NCBI GenBank assembly: GCA_963662615.2
Contig: CAXXSR010000001.1
Location: 544,001 to 608,000 of the forward strand
Direction: 5' to 3'
Length of the DNA stretch: 64,000 nucleotides
Origin: Dehalococcoidia bacterium
Lineage (GTDB): Bacteria; Chloroflexota; Dehalococcoidia; Bin125
Shown: in pieces, positions 48,236-56,155 of the stretch
How positions within the stretch are numbered: the stretch's first letter is position 1
How the letters are laid out: each line of letters begins with the position of its first letter
Made by a program: the position numbers and the translations under genes
Notes under the pieces: generated by a model
Databases searched by the model: none
Seen by the model: only the letters and a program-made list of their open reading frames with translations
Told to the model about the DNA's origin: nothing

Positions 48236-48268
48236 AACGGCCCCGGCGATGTCGCCGGGGCCGTTCTT
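48236..48268 (+). terminator. Intrinsic terminator-like hairpin
   Basis: AACGGCCCCGGCGA/TCGCCGGGGCCGTT followed by CTT, just after CHRD gene 1. Confidence 0.65.
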
Positions 48269-48298
48269 CGTAGCGACGTGCGGTGTCCTCCGTCGTAG

Positions 48299-48326
48299 TT
48301 GACAAATTACGGCCGCCGCCTATCCT
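48299..48326 (+). promoter_or_regulatory. Sigma70-type promoter of CHRD gene 2
   Basis: TTGACA-16nt-TATCCT. Confidence 0.65.
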
Positions 48327-48360
48327 CCCACGCGGCAAGGCGTCGCCAGAGCCCATCACC

Positions 48361-48448
48361 CCGTTCGTCCTGAGCCTGTCGAAGGGGCGAACGGGGGGCT
48401 GGAGGATGAGGTCATCCGCTCACCCTGAGCCTGCCGAAGGGCGAACGG
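48361..48448. repeat. Two minimal family A palindromic units
   Basis: CCGTTCGTCCTGAGCCTGTCGAAGGGGCGAACGG (48361-48394) and a variant at 48416-48448. Confidence 0.85.
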
Positions 48449-48492
48449 GGAGTCCGGGCAGGAGCGGCGCCGCCTGGGGGAGGACGAGAATA

Positions 48493-49905
48493 ATGACCAT
48501 CAGCAGAAACGGAGCGCTGCCGCTCGGACTTGCGGCAGCCGTCATTGTCGCCGCCTTGGTCGCCGGGACGATCATGCCGGGCCGCGCGGCGGCGCAGGCG
48601 ACGTTCACCGCGACGCTCAGCGGCGACGCCGAGGTGCCGGCGGTCATCACGGACGCCACCGGCAGCTTCACCGCCACCATTAGGGACGGGGCGCTGGATT
48701 ACACCCTGACCTCTGACGCGACGGGGATCACCGCAGCGCACATCCACATCGCTACGCCTTTTGAGAACGGGCCGTTCGTGGCGTTCCTCTTCGGGCCGGA
48801 AGACCCGGGGGTGGACGGCGTCGACACCAGCGGCACCATCACCGTCGACGACTTACTGGACGTCGTGGCGGGCGATTGGGACGGCTTCGTCGCGGCGTTT
48901 CACGACGGCACCGCTTACGTCAACGTCCACACTGAGGCCAACGCGGGCGGGGAAGTGCGCGGCCAGATCGTCAATGCGGCGGCGCAGGCCGACCCTGCCG
49001 CGCTCGTGGAGCAGTATCTGGCCGCTATCAGTGCCGGCGACGTCGATGCTGCCGTCGCGCTGTTCACCGACGACGTGGTCTTGGAGGGCGACGTATGCAA
49101 CCTCGATGCCTGCGTCGGCATCGACGCGGCGCGCGCCTCCACCGAGCAGGACGTCGAGGACCAGATCAACCTCACCCTCGCCAGCGCTGAGGTGATCGAC
49201 GGTACCGTGACCGGCACGGTCGAGCTCCGTTCACCCGAGCTTACGCAGTTTGGCATCGAGCGCCTCGTCTTTGCGCTCACGGCGGAGGTCAGGGACGGCA
49301 AGATCGCCCGCATCAACGCCGAACTGGACCTGACGGACTCGGAGACGGCCGAGGTTGCCGCGCTGTTTGAGCGATTCGAGGAGGAAGGGGCTGGAGCGCA
49401 GCCCGCCAGCGCCGTGGAGTTGCTGGGCCTGCTCAGTGCCGCGGGCTTCGACCCGGCGCTCCAGGAGATCGCGACGACGCGGCCCTGGATCCCGGTCTCC
49501 GCTGCCGGGGTGCTCGTCGTGGCGGGCGGCCGGGCCGAGGTCTACGAGCTTGATAGCCCCCAAGCGGTCGGGGCGGCGCTCGACCAGTTCCCCGGCTTGA
49601 CCGCCAACGTGACAATCTGGGGTAGCGGTTCGCTCATCGTGATTCTGCTCGATGCGCCGGACAGCCCGGCGGCCGAGGAGGCGCTGTTCTCGGTGCTCGG
49701 TGGGCCAGCCATCGCGACCATCGCGGGCCTCATCCCGCCCCCCGAGGTACCGGCAGAAGCGCCCGACGCGCTCCCGGACACGGGCAGCGGCGGACTGGCG
49801 GCGGACGGCGGTGGATCCTCCGGCTGGATCTGGGCGCTGCTTGCCGCTGGCCTCACGCTGGGCGCGGGGCTGGCCGTCCGCCGGACCCTGCCGCGGCGCT
49901 CCTAA
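48493..49905 (+). CDS. CHRD plus SnoaL/NTF2-like domain protein with LPXTG sorting signal
   Basis: N-terminal about 160 aa nearly identical to CHRD gene 1; LVEQYLAAISAGDVDAAVALFTDD is an NTF2 start; LPDTG plus TM plus RR tail. Confidence 0.88.
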   Translation: MTISRNGALPLGLAAAVIVAALVAGTIMPGRAAAQATFTATLSGDAEVPAVITDATGSFTATIRDGALDYTLTSDATGITAAHIHIATPFENGPFVAFLFGPEDPGVDGVDTSGTITVDDLLDVVAGDWDGFVAAFHDGTAYVNVHTEANAGGEVRGQIVNAAAQADPAALVEQYLAAISAGDVDAAVALFTDDVVLEGDVCNLDACVGIDAARASTEQDVEDQINLTLASAEVIDGTVTGTVELRSPELTQFGIERLVFALTAEVRDGKIARINAELDLTDSETAEVAALFERFEEEGAGAQPASAVELLGLLSAAGFDPALQEIATTRPWIPVSAAGVLVVAGGRAEVYELDSPQAVGAALDQFPGLTANVTIWGSGSLIVILLDAPDSPAAEEALFSVLGGPAIATIAGLIPPPEVPAEAPDALPDTGSGGLAADGGGSSGWIWALLAAGLTLGAGLAVRRTLPRRS

Positions 49906-49933
49906 CGCTCAAACGGCCGAATCCTCCATCCCT

Positions 49934-50128
49934 CCCTCTCCATCATTCCGCGGAAGGATGGAGAGGGGGCCGGGGGTGAGGTCATCCGCTCACCCTGACC
50001 TGTCCTTCGCGCAGCAGAAGGAGCTTGTCGAAGGGCGAACTGGACAGTCGCCGCCCAGCCGCCGCGCCCCCCATTCGTCCTGACTTGTCCTTGACTCCTG
50101 GGAAGGAGCTTGTCGAAGGGGCGAATGG
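49934..50128. repeat. Cluster of palindromic elements (one family B, two family A)
   Basis: Family B at 49934-49986; family A at 49986-50043 and 50071-50128, the last with covarying ends CCATTCG/CGAATGG. Confidence 0.85.
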
Positions 50129-50247
50129 GGACGGTCACCGCCCGGCCGCCGCGAACCAGCTTGGAAAATCTGCTACGCTGGGGGGGCAGCGCGAAGCGGC
50201 TTGCCCCTTGCGGGCGGCCGCCCGCAGCCGACGAGGAGGAGCGGATC

Positions 50248-50859
50248 ATGAGCAGTGAAGCGACCCCAGGCGACGACCTCCGCATCTCCTTCAGCGACGA
50301 CGCCGTCGCCAAGCTGCATGAAGTGATCGTAGCCTATCCCGAACCGCTGGCGGGGCTGCGGCTAAAGATCCTGGGGCGAAGCGAGGGCGGCTTCGAGCAC
50401 GTCCTCACGCTCGTGGAGGAGGGGACGGAGTCCGACGACGATCCCGTCATCGAGGTCTCCGGCCTGCGCGTCTACGTGGAGGCCGACAATGCCCAGGACC
50501 TCAAGGGCGTCTCCGTCGATTACCGCGACAAGGGTCCCAACGAGAGCGGGCTCGAGTTCAGCAATCCCAACCCGATCTGGCGCGACCCGCTCGCTCTGGA
50601 GATCCAGAACCTCTTCGACGAGTACGTGAACCCGGGCGTCGCCGCCCACGGCGGTCACGTCAGTCTCATCGACGTGCGCGACAACAAGGCCTACATCCAG
50701 CTGGGCGGCGGCTGCCAGGGCTGCGGCATGGCGGACGTCACTCTCAAGCAGGGGATCGAGGTCGCGATCAAGGAGGCGGTGCCCAGCATCGAAGAGGTCG
50801 TCGACGTGACGGACCACGGCGCCGGCGACAACCCCTACTACCAGCCGGCCAAGAAGTAG
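50248..50859 (+). CDS. nfuA: Fe-S biogenesis protein NfuA (degenerate A-type domain plus NifU-C domain)
   Basis: VNPGVAAHGG, LGGGCQGCGMA..TLKQGIE and DVTDH..G.NPYY motifs; GAGGAGGAG RBS. Confidence 0.9.
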   Translation: MSSEATPGDDLRISFSDDAVAKLHEVIVAYPEPLAGLRLKILGRSEGGFEHVLTLVEEGTESDDDPVIEVSGLRVYVEADNAQDLKGVSVDYRDKGPNESGLEFSNPNPIWRDPLALEIQNLFDEYVNPGVAAHGGHVSLIDVRDNKAYIQLGGGCQGCGMADVTLKQGIEVAIKEAVPSIEEVVDVTDHGAGDNPYYQPAKK

Positions 50860-50888
50860 CCGCCGCCGGCCCCAGTGCCGGAACGACC

Positions 50889-52427
50889 GTGACGCGCGTT
50901 CTCCTCATCTCCACCTACGAGGATGGCCACCAGCCCCTCGGGCTGGCCGCTCCCGCGGCCGCCCTTCGCGCCGCCGGCCACGACGTCCGCTGCTTCGACC
51001 TCGCGGTGGAGACGCCGGAAGCCGGCATCTTCACCGACGTGGACCTGATCGGCATCTCCGTCCCCATGCACACCGCCGCCCGCCTCGGCATCGCCCTGGC
51101 CCGGCGGCTGCGCCGCCTCAACCCCACCGCCCACCTGACCTTCTACGGCCTCTACGGCTCGGAGCTGCACGACCACCTCACGCGGGACGGCATCGCCGAC
51201 TCGGTCATCGGCGGCGAGTACGAGCCCGGCCTCCGCGCCCTCGCCGACGACATCGGCGCCGGCCGTTCCGCCGACGCGCTCTCCCGATCCGGCATGGGAG
51301 CGGCGCCGCTCTTTCCCCGCCAGCGCTACCCCGTCCCCGACCGGCGCGACCTGCCCTCGCTGGACCGCTACGCGCATCTGGACACCGGCGACGAGCTGCG
51401 CCTCGCCGGCTACGTGGAGGCCACGCGCGGCTGCGCGCATCGCTGCACCCACTGCCCCCTCACGCCGACCTATGGGGGCCGCCTGCGACTGGTGCAGCCC
51501 GAGACGGTGCTGGCCGACATCGACAGCCTTGTGGCGAGCGGCGCTCGGCACATCACCTTCGGCGACCCCGACTTCCTCAACGCCGTCCCCCATTCGCTCG
51601 CCATCGTCCGGGAGATGCGGCGCCGCCACCCCGACACCACCTTCGACGCCACCATCAAGGTCGAGCACCTGCTGGAGCACGCGAACGCCCTGCCCCACCT
51701 CCACGACCTCGGCTGCCTTTTCATCACCTCCGCCTTCGAATCCGTGGACGACCGGCTGCTCGCCATTCTCGACAAAGGCCACACCCGCGCCGACATGGAG
51801 CGCGCCCTCGCCCTCGCCCAGCGGGCCTTGCTGGTGCTCCGCCCCACCTGGCTCCCGTTCACGCCCTGGACGTCGCTAGGCGATTTCTTCGCCATCCTGG
51901 AGTTCGTCGAGGCGCATGACCTCGTCTATCACGCTCAGCCGGTGCAGTACGCCCTGCGGCTGCTCCTGCCGCCCGGCTCCCCCCTGATCGACGTGATCCG
52001 CGCCGACGGCCTCCTGGACGGCTTCGACCCGGACGGCCTCACCCACCGCTGGCGCAACCCCGACCCCGCGGTTGACACGCTGCAGGCGCGCCTGGCCGGC
52101 GTCGTGGCGGCGGCCGCCACCCCGGATGCCCAGGGCCGCGCGGAGGACGTGGCGCACACGTTCGCGCGCATCAAAGCGGAGGCCGTGGCGGCGCTCCCCG
52201 TTCGTCCTGACCTGTCCTTCCCTCCTGGGAAGGAGCCTGTCGAAGAGCCTGCCCTGAGCTTGCCTGTCCTGATCCTTCCCCGCGGGAAGGACGAAGGGCC
52301 GAAGGGGCGAACGGCACCCGCCCCGAACGGCCACCGCCACGTCCCCGGCCTCACCGAAGCCTGGTTCTGTTGAGCGGAGCCCACCGAGGAGCAGTTGGCT
52401 CCTCTCGATAAGGCCCTGAGCATCTAG
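50889..52427 (+). CDS. B12-binding-like radical SAM selenoprotein with C-U-AEP tail (UGA 52371-52373 read as Sec)
   Basis: CxxxCxxC motif (RGCAHRCTHC); ...GLTEAWFC-TGA-AEPTEEQLAPLDKALSI-TAG; hairpin downstream; matches the CUAEP/CCAEP-tail family (from memory). Confidence 0.88.
52198..52314. repeat. 117-nt family A element inserted in-frame in the radical SAM gene
   Basis: CCGTTCG...CGAACGG termini; length is 39 codons; 116/117 identical to 52499-52615. Confidence 0.9.
52386..52404 (+). promoter_or_regulatory. SECIS-like hairpin of the radical SAM gene
   Basis: GAGGAGC-AGUUG-GCUCCUC, a perfect 7-bp stem starting 12 nt after the UGA. Confidence 0.75.
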
Positions 52428-52498
52428 GGGCGCTCACGCGCTCGCCGCCGTTGAAGTCGGGGAGGCTGGAGCCGGGTCGCCTGCCGCGCCCACGCCCC

Positions 52499-52615
52499 CC
52501 GTTCGTCCTGACCTGTCCTTCCCTCCTGGGAAGGAGCCTGTCGAACAGCCTGCCCTGAGCTTGCCTGTCCTGATCCTTCCCCGCGGGAAGGACGAAGGGC
52601 CGAAGGGGCGAACGG
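52499..52615. repeat. 117-nt family A element, intergenic twin
   Basis: One mismatch to 52198-52314 (GAAGAG vs GAACAG). Confidence 0.9.
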
Positions 52616-52817
52616 CGCCCGCGCCCGCGCCACCCCCGCCCCCGGCCTTGAGCGACACCCAGACGCCTCAGGCGGGCCCTCGGGGAGCGACGGGGCTCTG
52701 AGCAGGCGCGGTTGTCCGCGGCTGCCGTGATTCGTTCCGTCACGGCATCGGCTGTAGCGTAGTGTCGCTGCAACATTCGTTTCGTCCCCTTCAGGGGTGG
52801 TCCGTGTGGAGGCCTGC

Positions 52818-53075
52818 GTGACGCGAGTGGACAAGCTCATAACGAAGCTCCAGCGAAAGCCGGCGGAAGCTGCATTCTCGGACATTGAGAGGCTGCTCAA
52901 CGCGCACGGCTGGGTCGTGGAGCGCTGGAGCGGGAGCAACGCCATATTTGTTCCGGAAGACGATCCAGGGCACGTGGGACTCAGAGTGGTGACTCTGAAA
53001 GGAAGGAAGGTCGCACGAGCCTATATCCAGAGAGTCCTTGAGCACCTGGACCTCGATCAGAAAGGAGGGGGCTAG
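52818..53075 (+). CDS. HicA-like toxin homolog (orphan; GSH changed to GSN)
   Basis: GGAGG then GTG; KLI.KL...P....FSDIERLL...GW.....SGSN..F...KV...YI..VL pattern. Confidence 0.7.
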   Translation: MTRVDKLITKLQRKPAEAAFSDIERLLNAHGWVVERWSGSNAIFVPEDDPGHVGLRVVTLKGRKVARAYIQRVLEHLDLDQKGGG

Positions 53076-53195
53076 CCCTGACTTTGCGCGCCAGGGGCCC
53101 AACTCTCTCTCTCCTCACCACCCCGCCCGCCGCTGCGCCCGCCCCGTCGTCCGCGTCACTCACGACGGCCAGAGGGGCTCGTCGGAGCTCCCTGC

Positions 53196-53411
53196 TCATG
53201 GGTTCAATTGCACGCCGCACACACAAATCCGCTCTGCTCCCCCCAATCCCGTTCGGTCACCATATTTAAAGTTGAGCGGCGCGTGGGAGAGCTTCCGATA
53301 GCACGAATGGCAGTACCGCCTCTTGCATTCTCCGCAGCACTGCCGGTAGAAAATGAAGCGCCAGACCGCCCTCCGTCCATTACCACAGACTGTGCATCTG
53401 ACTTGGACCAT
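53196..53411 (-). CDS. Cys-rich microprotein, putative zinc finger (71 aa)
   Basis: CTVC...CCGEC....CHSC...CVC; no clear RBS; low-GC segment. Confidence 0.45.
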   Translation of the reverse strand: MVQVRCTVCGNGRRAVWRFIFYRQCCGECKRRYCHSCYRKLSHAPLNFKYGDRTGLGGAERICVCGVQLNP

Positions 53412-53510
53412 GCTTGTCGCACCGGCAGCGGCTAAGCGAACTCCGCGAATCCGCCCAGCCTACTCCGCGTGGGAGTCCCCCTCCCGGCCGCGCCCTTCCC
53501 GATCGCTGTT

Positions 53511-53690
53511 CTACGCCAGCCGGGCGATGAGCCCGACGATTAGCGCCCCGACTACCACGATCAGCCACAGAATCAATATCGGCCGAGCGATCCATCGTTC
53601 GAGCGGTTCGAAATCCACTGGGGCCAGGGGATCTCCAGCGCCATTGAAGGAACCGCTTGGGCTGCTGCCATCCCAACGCTCAAGTGCCAT
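53511..53690 (-). CDS. Small single-pass membrane protein (59 aa)
   Basis: AGGAG RBS, ATG at 53690, and a C-terminal hydrophobic helix ILILWLIVVVGALIVGLI. Confidence 0.55.
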   Translation of the reverse strand: MALERWDGSSPSGSFNGAGDPLAPVDFEPLERWIARPILILWLIVVVGALIVGLIARLA

Positions 53691-54018
53691 TGCCACACTC
53701 CTGTCTTCCCCCTCAAGGTGGCACGTCGTCAGTTCCGCGGGCAGGTGCGGGCGTCCCATTCGCCATGGGACGAATGACCCATCCGCGCCGCTAGTCAGGA
53801 CGCGTCCGGCGGGCGAGACGGAATGAGGCTGGACGATAGCAACGAGAATGCCGCCGGGTTGCGGGGCACGCGTCTCCGGCTCGCCGACCTACCGCACGAA
53901 TCCGGGCTCCTCCCCCGAGGCGGTCCATCGTGGCGGCGAAGAGCTGCCACTCCAATTTCCTGCTCCTCGCCGCCTGCGCTCCGGCTCATTCTCGGCGTCG
54001 CTTTGCGGTCGCGATTCG

Positions 54019-55260
54019 TTAAGTGCTCGGCTCGATCTCGATCCGCAGCCGGGAGTGTGCTGCACGCAGCGCCCCCTCCACCTGCGCGGGCGTCTCCGCC
54101 TTGGCGAAGATGAAGCCCAGGTATTCGCCGCCCTCCGGCAGCGGCTCCACGACCTGCCCCACGCGCAGCGTCATCGTCACTTCCTCGATACCGGCAACCG
54201 CTCGCGCCTCGTCCAAGCCCTGCACCGCCGTCAGCCGTCCCTGGGCCGGAATCGGGATCATCATCACCCCCGCCGCCGATGCTTCTCGCTCGAACGAATC
54301 GATCGGCGCACCCGTCGCGTGGCGCAGCACGATCTCCTCCAGCGCCATCCCCGTGCCGAAGCGCAGCGTGCGCGCGCAGAGCCCGCCGATGGTCCGCGCG
54401 GCGATGTCCAGCGGCCAGATTCCCTCCGCGTTGAGGCGCAGCTCCGCGTGTACCGGCCCCTCCACGATGCCCAGCGCCCGCGTCGCTCGCTGCACGCAAT
54501 CGGCGATCGCCCGCTGCTGCTCCGCCGCCAACCGCGACGGCGTCACGTAGATGGTCTCCTCGAAGAACGGTCCCTGCAGCGGGTCGGGCTTGTCGAAGAG
54601 GGCCAGCGGGTGCAGCGTCCCTTCCCGCAGCAGCCCCTCCAGCGACACCTCATCGCCGGGGATGTACCCCTCCACCAAGTACGCGCGTGCCGTCTCGCCG
54701 CACTCCTCCGCCACGTCGGGGCGCTCCAGGATGGCGCTTAGCCGTCGCACCGCCGCCACGAACGACGCCGCATCGTCGGCGCGGATGACGCCGCGGCTCG
54801 CCGCCAGCGACAGCGGCTTCACGACGCAGGGATACGCCACCTCCGCCGCGACCCGCTCCGCATCCTCGTCCAGCGACGAGAGGCGAAACGTCGGTGAGGG
54901 CAGACCCGCGGCGGCGAGGCGCTCGCGCAGCACCGCTTTGTTTCGTGTCGCCTCCGCCGCCTCCACGGCGTTGTGGGACAGCGCCAGCATTTGGGCGGCG
55001 CGCGCCGCCAGCACCGTTCCCGTGTCGTCCACCGCTACGACGGCGTCAAGCGGATAGGCGTCGGCGAACGTCGCGATCGCCCGCGCCCCCTCCTCCGGCC
55101 TCGCGAAGCTCGCCGTCAACGTCCGCCCGGGAAACATCTCCGCGACCGGCTGGCCCCTGTCGGAGCCCACGACGATCTCCAAGCCCAGCTTCGCCGCCGC
55201 CGCCATGAAGTCGGGCGCCCGGTACGACGCCGTGGGAATCAGAAGGAGGACGCGGGTCAT
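54019..55260 (-). CDS. ATP-grasp domain ligase (L-amino acid ligase-like)
   Basis: RNKAVLR, YPCVVKP..LAASRGV, VEGYIPG.EVSLE, HAELR, and DIAARTIGG motifs. Confidence 0.9.
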   Translation of the reverse strand: MTRVLLLIPTASYRAPDFMAAAAKLGLEIVVGSDRGQPVAEMFPGRTLTASFARPEEGARAIATFADAYPLDAVVAVDDTGTVLAARAAQMLALSHNAVEAAEATRNKAVLRERLAAAGLPSPTFRLSSLDEDAERVAAEVAYPCVVKPLSLAASRGVIRADDAASFVAAVRRLSAILERPDVAEECGETARAYLVEGYIPGDEVSLEGLLREGTLHPLALFDKPDPLQGPFFEETIYVTPSRLAAEQQRAIADCVQRATRALGIVEGPVHAELRLNAEGIWPLDIAARTIGGLCARTLRFGTGMALEEIVLRHATGAPIDSFEREASAAGVMMIPIPAQGRLTAVQGLDEARAVAGIEEVTMTLRVGQVVEPLPEGGEYLGFIFAKAETPAQVEGALRAAHSRLRIEIEPST

Positions 55261-55393
55261 GGGCTCTCTTCGTTGCCCCCCAGCCGTTCCCGGTGGGATT
55301 CGCCGCTCCCGTTGGGAGTCCTCAGTCTATCGTTGCTCCCTCCCCCGCCGGCGTCGCTCGTGACGGGGCTGCCAGGTGCTGTCCGCCGGCCGA

Positions 55394-55437
55394 CCGGCGC
55401 CTGTCCGACGCCTGACCGACGCCCGTCCGACGCCTGT
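55394..55437. repeat. 11-bp tandem repeat x4 (CCGACGCCTGT consensus), intergenic
   Basis: CCGGCGCCTGT CCGACGCCTGA CCGACGCCCGT CCGACGCCTGT. Confidence 0.8.
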
Positions 55438-55545
55438 CCCGCCCGCGTCCGCACCCTGACCATCAGGGTCGATCTGCCTGTCCCCGCTCCATCGCCTCGC
55501 TCCGGCCGCCCCCCCAACCCAGAGTCAACGGCGCTACAATGGCGA

Positions 55546-55577
55546 TTGACCTTCTAGTCAGATGGAAGGTTTATCCT
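55546..55577 (+). promoter_or_regulatory. MerR-family promoter/operator
   Basis: TTGACC-20nt-TATCCT with the dyad ACCTTC-N10-GAAGGT in the long spacer, like the CueR box of E. coli copA. Confidence 0.88.
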
Positions 55578-55612
55578 GATCTCACAAGCCTCTCTGTCAG
55601 AAGGAGATGGTC

Positions 55613-56155
55613 ATGCGCATCGGTGAGCTGGCCCAGTGCACGGGGGTGCCCCCCAAGACGATCCGCTACTACGAGGGCATTGAGCTGTTGCCGTCGCCGC
55701 GACGCCAGCTCTCCGGCTACCGCGCCTACGATGACGAGGACGTCGCTCGGCTCCGCTTCGTCGCCAAAGCGAAGCTGCTGGGGCTGACGTTGGAAGAGGT
55801 CGGCGACATCCTCCGCGCCAGCGATCCCGACAGCGTCAACTGCGATCACGTCCTCTCCCTGCTGGAGGCCAAGCGCGACCGCATGGACGCCTGGATCGAG
55901 GAGGCGCGGACGCTTCGCGACGTCCTGGACCGCACCATCGCCGCCTCTCGCGACCGGCTTCAGACGGAGCGCTCCGGCGCCTACCACTGCCCCGTCATTG
56001 AGCGCGGCCTGCATGAGCGCGCCCTCCACCCCGGCCCCTCACGCCACCACGAGATCGAGGGCGCGGAAGCGGCCGCCGCGTCCGTCGTCGCATCCGCCGT
56101 ACGATCGGGCGGCCCCATCCGCCACGAAGGGAAGCGCAGCGATGCCCCCCACTGA
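55613..56155 (+). CDS. MerR-family heavy-metal-responsive regulator
   Basis: MRIGELA...KTIRYYE.I.LL...R..SGYR.Y; Cys in NCDHV and HCPVI; AAGGAG RBS. Confidence 0.92.
   Translation: MRIGELAQCTGVPPKTIRYYEGIELLPSPRRQLSGYRAYDDEDVARLRFVAKAKLLGLTLEEVGDILRASDPDSVNCDHVLSLLEAKRDRMDAWIEEARTLRDVLDRTIAASRDRLQTERSGAYHCPVIERGLHERALHPGPSRHHEIEGAEAAAASVVASAVRSGGPIRHEGKRSDAPH

Noticed and set aside
48283-50247. N-terminal extensions of ORFs 48283..49905 and 50110..50859, and ORF 47268..47900
   Set aside because: They translate repeat DNA (PFVLSLSK, AHPEPAEG); better RBS-supported starts exist at 48493 and 50248
47302-52615. Family A palindromes as CRISPR repeats or integron attC sites
   Set aside because: Irregular spacing, variable nested lengths, and positions in 5' UTRs and inside a CDS; no cas gene or integron integrase in the window
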